DNA of 64,000 bases from Candidatus Binatia bacterium. GTDB lineage: Bacteria > Desulfobacterota > Binatia > Bin18. A program made the position numbers and the translations under genes. The stretch's first letter is position 1. Each line of letters opens with the position of its first letter. Below, piece by piece: positions 1 through 9,908 of the stretch. Location: contig CAXXHG010000021.1 in assembly GCA_963666315.2 (NCBI GenBank), positions 64,001 through 128,000 on the forward strand, in the 5' to 3' direction. Under the pieces are notes generated by a model. That model was given only the letters and a program-made list of their open reading frames with translations. It was not told the DNA's origin and searched no databases.

Positions 1-240
1 AAAAACAATACGGCAGTCAACTGATGCTAGCGACTCGGGCAGTCTCTGAGCGCACTCTTCTTCCCAGCGCTGCAGGATGTTGCGGCTCGTATTGCGTCTG
101 ATCCCCAAATTATAATACGTAATCGAGAAGCTCTTCGCCTGCGCTGCGGCGCACCGCCGACCGGCCCAGCCGAGGGCGGCCTCGTCGCCAGTGCCATTTA
201 CGAATGAGTCGCCGACAAAGCAGATGCGGATGTCTTGACT
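1..240 (-). CDS. GDSL/SGNH hydrolase, N-terminal part (runs off window start; no clear start codon)
   Basis: Manual translation SQDIRICFVGDSFVNGTGDEAALGWAGR...YNLGIRRNTS matches GDSL blocks I and II; not in the ORF track. Confidence 0.75.
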
Positions 241-253
241 CCCCCCAGACCCT

Positions 254-1120
254 TTATAAGCTCAGAATTTCCCGGTTTATAGCTGCTCGCACATGACATG
301 GGCTGCCGGCCATTTCTGAGATACGCAGGTCAGCGGCAACGCTGGCGAGCATAGCGGCTTCTGTTTGGTTGACCCCAGCTCGCTCAACTAAGAGACGGGA
401 AAGATCTTCTAATGCTCTCCGAGCGGCGATTTCGACTGTTTCTCCATCTCCCATAGTGAGGAGTTCATCTTTCGTAATAACGAGTGGACGCTGAAGCTGC
501 AATTTTGGTGCGATGCGACATCGCAGCGTTACCTCTGCTGCAATTTCAACAGCCGAAGCCGTTGCTTCTCCGTCGCCCATTCTGGCGTGGACATCTTCTA
601 TGGTGAGCATTCCACCCTCGACACTCACCGGCAGAAACACGGTTGAACCGGGGCCAAGCTGACTATTGCTGAGCTGGCCACCAAAGGCGCCGACGGCGTT
701 ACTGGGCAGTGCTTCGCCCGCAGGAGCGAGGCCGATTTTACTGACATTGGGAATAAACGGCAGGCTGATCGTGTCACTATAGCGAATGCGATTGCCCTCA
801 ATAGGAACAACCTTCTTGCAGAACTCGATTTGATCTTTGAGTAATCCATAGCCCGGAATCGCAACCACATAACCAAAGCCCTGAGTGGGACGGATGTCCA
901 AGACTTCGACCGCCAGCGTCTGACCAGGCTGAGCACCTTCGATACAAACCGGCCCTGTCATGACGCTGAGTTGCTCAACCGGCCACTTTGCCCCGTCGTT
1001 CCAATCTTTGAAACGATCATTGGTTTCCATCACAAATACTTCTCCCGGCTGCACTCGTGCAGCCGGCGGATGGGTGGCATCAAACGTTCGAACGATGTGG
1101 TCTTTACTGATCGTTTGCAT
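254..1120 (-). CDS. Acetamidase/formamidase family protein
   Basis: TGPVCIEGAQPGQTLAVEVLDI, LPVSVEGG, DVHARMGDGEA motifs; start set at MQTISK. Confidence 0.85.
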   Translation of the reverse strand: MQTISKDHIVRTFDATHPPAARVQPGEVFVMETNDRFKDWNDGAKWPVEQLSVMTGPVCIEGAQPGQTLAVEVLDIRPTQGFGYVVAIPGYGLLKDQIEFCKKVVPIEGNRIRYSDTISLPFIPNVSKIGLAPAGEALPSNAVGAFGGQLSNSQLGPGSTVFLPVSVEGGMLTIEDVHARMGDGEATASAVEIAAEVTLRCRIAPKLQLQRPLVITKDELLTMGDGETVEIAARRALEDLSRLLVERAGVNQTEAAMLASVAADLRISEMAGSPCHVRAAINREILSL

Positions 1121-1127
1121 GGGGTCT

Positions 1128-1451
1128 TTACTCCTTCGAGTGTTTGGCAGCTTGTAACGCCTCATCCTCTCGTTTTAAGCTACCGTCGATAACAAAAGGT
1201 CCGAACGGTAAGAGCGCGGCCACAAGGGTACGGCCGGCTTTTTTGAGATCCCAGCCGGCAGCGTCTTTTGCGTTGAGCAATACGCCGCAAAACCATATAA
1301 ACAGGACGCCATGAATCAGACCGACGACTCGCACGGCCAGGGGCTGTCCCCAGACATATTTAATGGGCATGGCGATGCCGAGGAGAACGAGAAACGATAT
1401 GCCTTCTAAACGGCCAACTAAGCGAAGTCGTCCGATGGGTGTGTGTGTCAT
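1128..1451 (-). CDS. DUF3817 small membrane protein
   Basis: LEGISFLVLLGIAMPIKY...HGVLF...ALLPFGPF pattern. Confidence 0.85.
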   Translation of the reverse strand: MTHTPIGRLRLVGRLEGISFLVLLGIAMPIKYVWGQPLAVRVVGLIHGVLFIWFCGVLLNAKDAAGWDLKKAGRTLVAALLPFGPFVIDGSLKREDEALQAAKHSKE

Positions 1452-1490
1452 AGTTGTTGTGTCGATTTCATGAGGTTCCCGAATCAAAGC

Positions 1491-1552
1491 GTAGGTCAGA
1501 TTAGCGTAGCGTAATCCGACACTCTATGCTCGGTGCGCAGGACGCACCCTAC
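1491..1552. repeat. GTAG-type REP doublet
   Basis: gtaggtcagattagcgtagcgtaatccgac...ggtgcgcaggacgcaccctac; near reverse-complement copy at 14065-14126. Confidence 0.7.
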
Positions 1553-2448
1553 TGTTCTTCCTGCTCTGTCTGCTCTTTTTGAACGAGCGCCTGATACATC
1601 TCCGGGCGCCGGTCAGGCATGAAATCCCACTTTGCTTTGAGTTCTGTAATAGTGCTTAGCTCGATTGTTGCGACAACCAGTTCATCGCCGTCGGTCCGGG
1701 CCTTGGCTAACACCTCGCCTTCAGGCGAGATGATTTCACTGCCACCAATATATTCTGCGCCGTCCTCAATCCCGGCCTTTCCTGCAGCCACAATAAAGAG
1801 TTGGTTTTCAATGGCCGCAGCCCGCAGCAGTACTTCCGCTGTTTCATGACCTTCCTCCCGAGGCCGGCCAAACGTGGGCGTATTGTACGGAATACAGATG
1901 AGTTCTGCGCCACCGAGGGCAAGGGCGCGATAGACTTCTGAAAAGCGTCGGTCGTAACAAATCAGCGTACCCAGCTGGACCTTATCCTGGGGCAGGGTTG
2001 TGACTGGAAAACCCAGATTCCCCTCGGTAAAATAGCGCTTCTCAAAAATATCGAGCCCTTCCCACCGCGGCTCAACCACGCCGGGAATATGGGCCTTGCG
2101 ATATTTCTGTACAATCGTCCCCTCCGGATTAATCAGCGCCGCCGTGTTGTACACGTTCCCATTCTCGCGTTCGGCATAGGGGAGAATCCAGTGCAGCCGG
2201 GCCTGACGTCCTGCTTCAAAAAGGGGTTGGGTGACAGGCGAAGGCAGACTGTCTTCCGGCAGATGCTGCCACGACTCGTGCACCCGCGTGGCGAAATACG
2301 GGGTAAGCGACAGCTCGGAAAATGTCAGCAGCTCGACGTTGCGCTGCCCGGCTTCTTCGAGCAGCGTAACCATGCGTGTAACGGTTTCCTCTTTTGTGTT
2401 GGAACTCGGACCGAGCTGGGCCGCCGCAACTGTGAGAGAACGCGTCAT
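1549..2448 (-). CDS. Carbon-nitrogen hydrolase, N-carbamoyl-amino-acid amidohydrolase-like
   Basis: Nitrilase triad E (FSELSL), K (YRKAHIPG), C (ICYDRRF); EKRYF and YNTP motifs typical of D-carbamoylases. Confidence 0.85.
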   Translation of the reverse strand: MTRSLTVAAAQLGPSSNTKEETVTRMVTLLEEAGQRNVELLTFSELSLTPYFATRVHESWQHLPEDSLPSPVTQPLFEAGRQARLHWILPYAERENGNVYNTAALINPEGTIVQKYRKAHIPGVVEPRWEGLDIFEKRYFTEGNLGFPVTTLPQDKVQLGTLICYDRRFSEVYRALALGGAELICIPYNTPTFGRPREEGHETAEVLLRAAAIENQLFIVAAGKAGIEDGAEYIGGSEIISPEGEVLAKARTDGDELVVATIELSTITELKAKWDFMPDRRPEMYQALVQKEQTEQEEQ

Positions 2449-2466
2449 AAGATTCCTCCGTTTGCT

Positions 2467-3069
2467 TTACTCGACATAGCCCATGGGTGATTTTGAAAAG
2501 TCCCAAGCTTTGATCTTTTTGGGGATAAGCTTTATCATCATCCGGTCCTCATTATCCTTGAAGAGCTGGCTGGCTTGCCCTTCAGGCTGGGAGAAAATCT
2601 CACCAAACGACTCCTCGGTGAAGCCGAGTGCACCGTCGCGCTGCGAGAGGCCATAGCGGCTGCCCAGCCAGCCCAGCATTTGCTCTGTCGTGTGTTCACC
2701 TTGCCAGGGGCCGGCTTCAATACGCATGGTTTTCCCTGGGCCGACCTCCGTCATTTCTGCATCGCCCTTAATGATTACGGCCTTGGCCAAATTGCAGCGC
2801 ATGCCCATCAGCGGACGGTCGTCCATGTCTATGACAGCTGAGCAGCGCGGATCTCGGTTGAGGTGTTTGAAAGCCAGCCGGTTTCGGGTCAGGGCGAGAT
2901 ACAGGCACTTTCCGTCCCAGTAATACCACAGCGGGGTGACGTGCGGATATCCATCTCGGGCAAGCGTGGCCAGCCGGACAATCCAGCGGCCGGACAGAAA
3001 ATCGTCGATCTCTTCGGTGTTCATCGCGACTTCAGGATGCCAGGCCAGCGCCCCGCTTACTTTTTTCAT
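2467..3069 (-). CDS. Pyridoxamine 5'-phosphate oxidase-like split-barrel flavin/F420 oxidoreductase
   Basis: RLATLARDGYPHVTPLWY...RDPRCS...PKKIKAWDFSK. Confidence 0.8.
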   Translation of the reverse strand: MKKVSGALAWHPEVAMNTEEIDDFLSGRWIVRLATLARDGYPHVTPLWYYWDGKCLYLALTRNRLAFKHLNRDPRCSAVIDMDDRPLMGMRCNLAKAVIIKGDAEMTEVGPGKTMRIEAGPWQGEHTTEQMLGWLGSRYGLSQRDGALGFTEESFGEIFSQPEGQASQLFKDNEDRMMIKLIPKKIKAWDFSKSPMGYVE

Positions 3070-3115
3070 GCATGCCTCCAGATTAGTAAAAAATAGAGTC
3101 TCTTTGCGCAAATCC

Positions 3116-3153
3116 CGTAGGGTCGGGTGAGCGGAGCGTAACCCGACCCTACG
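3116..3153. repeat. GTAG-type REP hairpin
   Basis: cgtagggtcgggt-gagcggagcgta-acccgaccctacg inverted repeat in intergenic space. Confidence 0.7.
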
Positions 3154-3159
3154 GACTGT

Positions 3160-4599
3160 CTACACAACCGGCCGCGATATCACATCACCCGACATATGCC
3201 GCTTGAGCCAGCGGCCATCCGTCGAACTCCCAACCAGTTTCTCATCCTCAACAATCACCTTGCCGCGCAGCATAGTCATGACTGGATAGCCCTTGCAGGC
3301 AAAGCCTTCCCAGATGCTGTAGTCAGAGTCCGCATGCAGATCATTAAGAGTGAGCGTCTTGTGCATATTGGGATCCATCAAGACGATATCGGCATCGCTG
3401 CCGGGCTGAATCGCGCCTTTCTGTGGATAGAGTCCGAGCAGTCTGGCTGCATTGGCCGAGGTGATATCGACAAATCTCTGCAGGGGCATATCGCGCTCTG
3501 CCACAAACTTGGTAAACGCGACCGGCATGCGGGTCTCAATACCATTGTGTCCGCCGCACACGGTCTCGATGACGTCACCCCACAGCTTGGGTCCTTTATG
3601 GGTGGTGTATTCATCCGTCGCCGTGGTTGCCAAGCGGCCGTCCATTAGGCCGGCGATAAGGGCGTCTCGGTCATCGGCGAATTTAATGGCCGGGTAGGTG
3701 TGGATCGCCGTCCCACCCGGTTTTTTATAATCCTCGCACGTGAATTCGAGATAATTATGCAGCGCCTCGCCGTACACCGGCTGTCCGTCGCTGCGCGCCT
3801 CGGCAATGGCGGCCACACCTTCTTTGGCCGTGGTATGAACGAAGTAAATGCCCGTACCCGTTTGCTTGGCCAGGCGGATAATATTGCGGAAGGCCAGATC
3901 CTCGGAGATATTATTGTGAACGAGGTGCAGATTATAACCTTGGTCCCGGTTTTCACGCTTGAGCTTTTCGGTCATATAGCGCACGATCTCATCTTCCTCA
4001 GCATGCACAGCCATGATCCCGCCGTGTTTGGCAACCTCGGCAAAAATCGCCCACAGGTGCCCATACGGGACGCGGATGGGATGAAATGTAGTGAAGATTT
4101 TAAAGCTGGCGATCCCTTCCTGTATGGCTTCACCGATCTCACTGATCGTCTCAGGGACGACCTCACCGGCCAGAATATAGTGAAACGTATAATCGGTGTA
4201 CGAATGGGTACGAAAGACCTCGCGCCGCTCCTCTATCACCGACATAATCGTTTTGGGCGCGGCCCCTTCCACAACCTCAAAACTCAGGTCCCCGGCGAAA
4301 TCAACGATAGTCGTGACGCCACCAAAGGCTGCCGCTCGGCTGGCGTCTTGGGGTGGCTGGGTCATGATATCCGGCTGGCCTGTCCACTCGCTTGGCACCG
4401 GAATTCCAATATGCGCATGCGGTTCAATGCCTCCGGGTATGACGATTTTACCGCTCGCGTCGATAACTCGGCCAGCTTCTGCGGCCAACGTTCCGGACCA
4501 GCCCATCGCGACAATTTTTTCCCCCTGAATACCAACATCCATCTCCCCAACTGCTTGCGGGGTGACGACCTGACCGCCCTTAATGACGAGATCGAGCAT
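3160..4599 (-). CDS. Dihydropyrimidinase / D-hydantoinase family cyclic amidohydrolase
   Basis: PGGIEPHAH, AAFGGVTTIVDF, SFKIF, HAEE, KGAIQPGSDADIV, DYSIWEG. Confidence 0.85.
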   Translation of the reverse strand: MLDLVIKGGQVVTPQAVGEMDVGIQGEKIVAMGWSGTLAAEAGRVIDASGKIVIPGGIEPHAHIGIPVPSEWTGQPDIMTQPPQDASRAAAFGGVTTIVDFAGDLSFEVVEGAAPKTIMSVIEERREVFRTHSYTDYTFHYILAGEVVPETISEIGEAIQEGIASFKIFTTFHPIRVPYGHLWAIFAEVAKHGGIMAVHAEEDEIVRYMTEKLKRENRDQGYNLHLVHNNISEDLAFRNIIRLAKQTGTGIYFVHTTAKEGVAAIAEARSDGQPVYGEALHNYLEFTCEDYKKPGGTAIHTYPAIKFADDRDALIAGLMDGRLATTATDEYTTHKGPKLWGDVIETVCGGHNGIETRMPVAFTKFVAERDMPLQRFVDITSANAARLLGLYPQKGAIQPGSDADIVLMDPNMHKTLTLNDLHADSDYSIWEGFACKGYPVMTMLRGKVIVEDEKLVGSSTDGRWLKRHMSGDVISRPVV

Positions 4600-4785
4600 G
4601 GTGTCCCTCCTTCTGAATGGATACGGTGTTATCGCAAAGTCTACGGCATGCGGTCAAGGCTAGCTCGGTGCCCTTGCCGTAACGGAATAATCCCTGGACC
4701 TAGAAAGATCCTGCAAAGGATCGTTGCCGCGGCCCTACGTGAGTCTGCACGGGCTGCAACCGTTTGGGCTGGAGTGTATCAGGTT

Positions 4786-5089
4786 TTAGGGTAATGGAAC
4801 CGGCAAGAGGCAATGATTAAGAGATCGTCCTTGACTGTATAAACAAGCCGGTGTTCCTGACTTCATGTTCGCCCCGTTCGATCCCTTCCACCGCCTCCAG
4901 CAACCGTGTGGCATTCTCGGGCGAGGACTAGAGATAATCTGTCTCATCCGAAACGCCTGAAAGGGTTTCAGCTTCCAGCTGATGCAATGCCTTGTCGATA
5001 AGCGCATCCACCTTTTCCCCCGTGCGCTGGGAAAGGTTTTGTAAAAGCGTCTTTTGCTCTGGCGTTAAGTCAAACGGTGAGGATTGCAT
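4786..5089 (-). pseudogene. Decayed YefM-YoeB (Txe) toxin-antitoxin locus
   Basis: MQSSPFDL...DETDYL*SSPENATRLLEAVEGIERG (YefM-like C-terminus, TAG at 4928-4930), followed only by the YoeB tail QEHRLVYTVKDDLLIIASCRFHY. Confidence 0.75.
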
Positions 5090-5176
5090 GATGATCTATC
5101 CTACTATGGGGCGCTGTCGCTGTCATGGGCTCAGTATACCAGCACTCACAAAAATCGGTCAGCGTTTTTTGGGGTG

Positions 5177-5725
5177 CTAAAAATAAGGTAAGAATAATGC
5201 AGATCTTTCTTCGTGAGTCAAGGCAGTCTGGAGCCGCACGAATTGGGTTTGGAGAGAGGGGTCATGAGGGAGGGCCTCGCGCAGTGCCTTCCGTTGCCGA
5301 CTCACCCAGCTATAATCCGCCCCGCCCAGCCGCTGACCGATCTCGCGTTGACTCGCCCCGGTAGACCGATACAGACACTTCATCACGAGGGCCTGCTCCA
5401 GTCCCCCGCCCCGCTGACACAGCTCGGCCTCCTCGCAGCCTAACTCGTGTGCCAGAACCGCCAGGGCCGCATCGAGCTCCCACGGTTGCTGTAAAGCCCG
5501 CCGGGCCGGTTGCTCGCGGGCGGCATCCGGCGCCGCGTGGACCTGGGGCCGGATGCGGGCGACAAACTCTTCCGTCCCCAGCACGACCTGGCCGCGCAGC
5601 TGAGCCCACGGACTCGGGAGCTGACTCCGCACCCCGTCCTCCATAAACCGGGCGTAGGCGCGCCGCCCCTGCGGCGTGTCGTCTCCAAAGCTGGCTAAGA
5701 CGAGGGCATGGGTGACCAGCGGGGG
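5177..5725 (-). pseudogene. C-terminal remnant of a RAYT/IS200-like transposase with DnaA-C-like HTH
   Basis: RRAYARF..G....SPWAQLRGQVVLGTEEFV and SQREIGQRLGGADYSWVS; the HUH domain is absent. Confidence 0.65.
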
Positions 5726-6021
5726 AGCGGCGCGCCGGTCGAGGTGCCCCACAAATGTACGAGGTCGAGACCGGCACGATCGAGAACAATTGCCAGGTCG
5801 TCGACCCAGCGGTCTAGTGGATAGCCGCCAGGCTAGGCGCGGTCGGACTGTCCGGCGCCGCGATAGTGCCAGTCTATGACTTGGAGCTGAGGCGTGAGTA
5901 ACGAGCGAATCTTGGCGAATTGATCGTGCAAGAGACCGAATCCACCCGTCACCACGAGTGGTTCACCTGTCCCGTTGACGTCGTACCATAGCTCAACGCC
6001 GTTATCGTTTGCATACGGCAT
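5726..6021 (-). pseudogene. Truncated alpha/beta hydrolase
   Basis: MPYANDNGVELWYDVNGTGEPLV...YRGAGQSDRA*PGGYPLDRWVDDL...VHLWGTSTGAPL; TAG at 5833-5835, then fused to the transposase remnant. Confidence 0.75.
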
Positions 6022-6115
6022 GCCCCGGGCCTCCTTTCAGCCAAGGGTTTCAATTTGACTCTTACAAGTATTTAGTGGGCAATGCTAATGATTATTTTCG
6101 GAGGAGGAAAAAGCT

Positions 6116-6466
6116 ATGGTCAAATTTGTCGGGTGTGTGCGCCGTAAAGCCGGCATGTCAACGGCTGAGTTTCAGGACTATTGGAAAAACAATCATGGCC
6201 CGCTGGTCAGGAGCGTGCCTGAGTTTTGGGGCTATGTCCGCAGATATGTGCAAGGCCACACTATCAGCGATCCTGTACCGGGCTTTCCGCCTTCAGATGA
6301 GGCTCCATTCGATGGCATAGCCGAGCTGTGGTTTGACAGCGTGGAGGACATAGGCAAAGCGTTTAGCCATCCACGCTATCTTGAAATCATTCGACCGGAT
6401 GAGGCAAAATTCGTCGATTTCGCAAACTCCAGAATCTTTCTCGTCGAAGATGTTGAGATATCTTGA
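6116..6466 (+). CDS. EthD domain protein
   Basis: RRKAGMSTAEFQDYW...HGPLV...FDGIAELWFDS...IRPDEAKF; GGAGG RBS. Confidence 0.9.
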   Translation: MVKFVGCVRRKAGMSTAEFQDYWKNNHGPLVRSVPEFWGYVRRYVQGHTISDPVPGFPPSDEAPFDGIAELWFDSVEDIGKAFSHPRYLEIIRPDEAKFVDFANSRIFLVEDVEIS

Positions 6467-6483
6467 CTAAGAAAGGGCCGACC

Positions 6484-7590
6484 ATGAACTTTGGCGTCAG
6501 TTTGCAGTCGCATATCCAGAACAGTTAGGAGCATACTGTATTGGCTGAACAAATGGGTTTCAGCAATGCGTGGTCCGTGGATACCCAGATGCTCGCCTCG
6601 GATGTGTATGCGTGTATGACTCTGGCTGCCGAGCATACGACTAAGATCCAGCTTGGCACAGCCGTAGCTGTCGCACTTACCCGTATTGCACCGGTCATTG
6701 CCCACTTGATTGCCACAGTGAATAAACTCGCCCCAGGCCGGGTCATCCTGGGGTTGGGCACCGGTCACACCGCCTGGCGGGCCATGGGCATGCCGCCCGT
6801 ACGTCTGGATACGTTCCGGCATACTATTGAAGTGTGTCGAAAATTGCTGCGTGGCGAAGCGGTCGAATATCTTGAACGCGGACGCCAGAGTCAGATTCGC
6901 TTTCTCGACCGTGAGCATGGCTATATTAACGTCCACGACCCGGTCCCGATCTATCTGGCCGCCTCGTATCCCACAGCACTCGCCTTGGCTGGAGAACTTG
7001 GTGATGGCTTGATTACGGTGAGTACACTTTCCCCTGATGCGCTCACGACGACGCTGGCGCAAGCGGCCAAAGGTAGACAGCCGGGGTCGGTTCAGAATCC
7101 AGACTGGCCGGTTGTGACCGTGGGTGTATCGTGCGTGCTGCGCCCGGGTGAAGGGCTGGATAGTCCCCGGGTGCTGAGCCGGGTAGGACCGCGGATCGCC
7201 GTGGGCTTGCACTATGCGTATGAGGTGGTCCGGCAGGGCAAAAATGCGCCTGCGTATTTTGAGCCGTTCTTAACCCCGCAATATCAAGCCTATCTAGACG
7301 AACGCTGGGATGAAATTCATGTTACCCACTCACGGTTTCTGCACCCAGGTGAAGAGCAGTTCATTACCCCCGATGCTATTCGGGCTATGAGCCTCACCGG
7401 AACGCGGGAGGACGTTGTCGAGCGGCTCAAGCAGTTAGAGGCGCAGGGCCTGACCCAAATGGTGATCTCACCCCCGTGGGGCTATGTTGAGGAAAGTATT
7501 GTTGACTTTGCGCAGGAGATCATTCCCCAGTATTTAAGTGGGTTTCTGTGTTGCTACGAGGAGGAGAAGTGGATGGTGTTGACGCGCTAG
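6484..7590 (+). pseudogene. LLM-class flavin-dependent oxidoreductase with an early in-frame stop
   Basis: MNFGVSLQSHIQNS*EHTVLAEQMGFSNAWSVDTQML; TAG at 6526-6528 is in frame with the 6541 ORF. Confidence 0.7.
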
Positions 7591-7657
7591 CCGTGGGCGT
7601 GTACCGGCTTACAGGGCGTCTAGCGCTTACCGCGCCTACCAAAAGGAGAGAAAGCAT

Positions 7658-8116
7658 ATGACAACTGCCGTCGCTGCTGAAACAACGTCGTACAACTTCG
7701 ATGATCGCAATATCCGGTGGCACGAATTGGGGGATTTCGATCATTTCGTTTTTGCCATGCTCGACGTCGATGTGCCAAAGAAGCTGGTCGATCTGATTCT
7801 CAAATTCGAGCCTAACGAGAAGATCTTTTTGCACCGTCACCTGGCACTCACGAACACACTGGTCGTCCAAGGCGAGCATCGTATGTATGAGCCGAATGGG
7901 GAACTCAAGGAGATTCGTCCCGTGGGCAGTTATACCTCCAGCCCTCCAGGTGACCCGCATCAAGAGGGTGGCGGCGATGAAGGCGCCATCGTCTTTTACA
8001 GCATTCGCGGGGAAGATGGCGTTTTATTCGAAGTGCTGGACGATGATCTGAAAGTCACCGCTACGCTTAGCATGCAGGACTTCATCGGCGCATTCGAAGA
8101 ACACAAGAAGGCCTAA
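7658..8116 (+). CDS. Cupin-fold (ChrR-like) protein
   Basis: KFEPNEKIFLHRH...VVQGEH...PHQEGGG. Confidence 0.7.
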   Translation: MTTAVAAETTSYNFDDRNIRWHELGDFDHFVFAMLDVDVPKKLVDLILKFEPNEKIFLHRHLALTNTLVVQGEHRMYEPNGELKEIRPVGSYTSSPPGDPHQEGGGDEGAIVFYSIRGEDGVLFEVLDDDLKVTATLSMQDFIGAFEEHKKA

Positions 8117-8141
8117 GCCTGCTTGCAACTTTTATAACGCA

Positions 8142-9122
8142 TTATCGATGCGCTTCGTCTAAAAGCGGCTTGAAAAAATCGGGCTGGGCGATCCAGTCGT
8201 CCTCGCTCGCCATCTCGTGAAAAAAGCTGGTATCGATCACGACTTCGTCGATACCGGCGTCCTTACACTCGTTGAGCTGCGGCAGCATCTCATCCGGGCT
8301 GCCGACCCAGTTTGGTTGCATCAGTTGGTCGCCTATTTTCTCAATGCTGGGCAGCGCCGGAGCGGCAAACACACGCTGGACGAGCGGCAGCGGGCCGCGA
8401 TCAAATTTCTCTTTTGCCATCTGGTTAATCTGCTGCATCCGTGTCACGGCAAGTTCTACTGTGTGACCGGCAGGATGCCAGGCGTCACACAACTCGGCCA
8501 CCCGCGGTAGCCCGGCATCACTCAGGAACCCGCCCAGAATCGGCACGGCCGGGTTCCCGTGTGCATCGCGCTGGACTGGTTTCGGGGAGGTTGAGCCGCG
8601 CGGAATGGTATAGAAAGGGCCGTCGTACTGGGTTGGATTTTGTTTCCAGGCTGCGCGCAGGGCTCGGATGAAGTCACTACACCGTGCGCCTAGTGCATCA
8701 AACGGCGTGTCCATGTGCGCATACTCTTCGCGCGCCCAGCCTATGCCGATGCCGAGATCGAACCGCCCGCCGGACAGGACGTCGATGGTTGCGATTTGTT
8801 TAGCAAGCGCGACGGGCCGATGGTAGCCAAAGACCAGGATGGAAGTCCCCAGGCGGATGTTGTGTGTTATGCCCGCAACATAGGCAAGTGACTCCAGTGG
8901 AGACAGCAGACTTTCATACGCCTCAGGCCACTGCACGAGTTTGTCCGGCCCAAGCACGGCTTGGTGGATAGGATGGCTCTGAATAGGTTGTTCTGGATAC
9001 AGTAAGTGATCTTGGACCCACAGCGAGTCGTAGCCTAATTGGTCGGCGCGGACGGCAAACTCATGCACCGCGCGCTGGCTGGCAAAAGCCGTGAGCTGCG
9101 GCATATTGAATCCGATTTTCAT
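8142..9122 (-). CDS. LLM-class F420-dependent oxidoreductase
   Basis: GYDSLWVQDH, LGTSILV, LAKQIATIDVLSGGRFDLGIGIGW..EEY. Confidence 0.9.
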   Translation of the reverse strand: MKIGFNMPQLTAFASQRAVHEFAVRADQLGYDSLWVQDHLLYPEQPIQSHPIHQAVLGPDKLVQWPEAYESLLSPLESLAYVAGITHNIRLGTSILVFGYHRPVALAKQIATIDVLSGGRFDLGIGIGWAREEYAHMDTPFDALGARCSDFIRALRAAWKQNPTQYDGPFYTIPRGSTSPKPVQRDAHGNPAVPILGGFLSDAGLPRVAELCDAWHPAGHTVELAVTRMQQINQMAKEKFDRGPLPLVQRVFAAPALPSIEKIGDQLMQPNWVGSPDEMLPQLNECKDAGIDEVVIDTSFFHEMASEDDWIAQPDFFKPLLDEAHR

Positions 9123-9133
9123 GCCTGTCTCCT

Positions 9134-9883
9134 TTATTGGGCAGTATAGCCGCCATCAATAACCAACTCGCTGCCAGTCACAAACGAGGCTTCGTCGCTG
9201 GCCAGATACAGGACTGCATAGGCAATATCCTGTGCTGTGGCTAAGCGTCCCAGCGGATGGGCCAGGGTGGCGGCTTGGCGCGCTTCGGGGTTGAGGACGT
9301 CCAGCATCTCGGTATCGACCCCGCCCGGATGGACAGAATTAATCCGAATCCGGTCTTTGGCGTATTCAATTGCCGCCGTTTTGGTCAGCAGCCGCACGGC
9401 ACCTTTTGTCCCGTGGTACGCAGTCGCCATACCGGCGCCTACGAGACCGGCGACCGAAGAGATATTAATGATCGATCCACCCCCGGCCTGACGCATGGCA
9501 GGCACGGCGTGTTTCATGCCCAGGAATACGCCCGTTTGGTTGATGGCAATGACACGGTTCCACAGATCGAGATTGGTGTCTTCCAAGCCTTCAGTCGGAA
9601 AGATGCCGGCATTATTGACCAGAATATCCAGTCTGCCGTAGGTCTGGACGGTCGTCTCAACTGCCTGCTGCCAGTCCGTCTCTTGGGTCACATCGAGTTT
9701 GACCCCGGTCGCCCGCCCAGCCTGGCTGTTCAGAGAGTCGACCACAGCCTGTTGCTGCTCAACCAGGATATCGCCTAAGACAACCTTTGCGCCTTCGGAC
9801 ATAAAAAGCCGGGCTTCGGTTGCTCCTTGTCCACGCGCCGCCCCGGAAATCAGAGCAACTTTTCTGTCAAGTCGTCCCGCCAT
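9134..9883 (-). CDS. Short-chain dehydrogenase/reductase (3-alpha,20-beta-HSD-like)
   Basis: SGAARGQG, NNAG, YHGTK, IRINSVHPG; start MAGRLD at 9883. Confidence 0.92.
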   Translation of the reverse strand: MAGRLDRKVALISGAARGQGATEARLFMSEGAKVVLGDILVEQQQAVVDSLNSQAGRATGVKLDVTQETDWQQAVETTVQTYGRLDILVNNAGIFPTEGLEDTNLDLWNRVIAINQTGVFLGMKHAVPAMRQAGGGSIINISSVAGLVGAGMATAYHGTKGAVRLLTKTAAIEYAKDRIRINSVHPGGVDTEMLDVLNPEARQAATLAHPLGRLATAQDIAYAVLYLASDEASFVTGSELVIDGGYTAQ

Positions 9884-9908
9884 GATCACATCTCCTTTTC
9901 CTAGCTTG

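Noticed and set aside
3700-4794. Long antisense ORFs (364 aa here; also 6376-7212, 54968-55816, 62405-63163)
   Set aside because: They lie opposite well-supported genes and show no family motifs; typical GC-rich shadow ORFs
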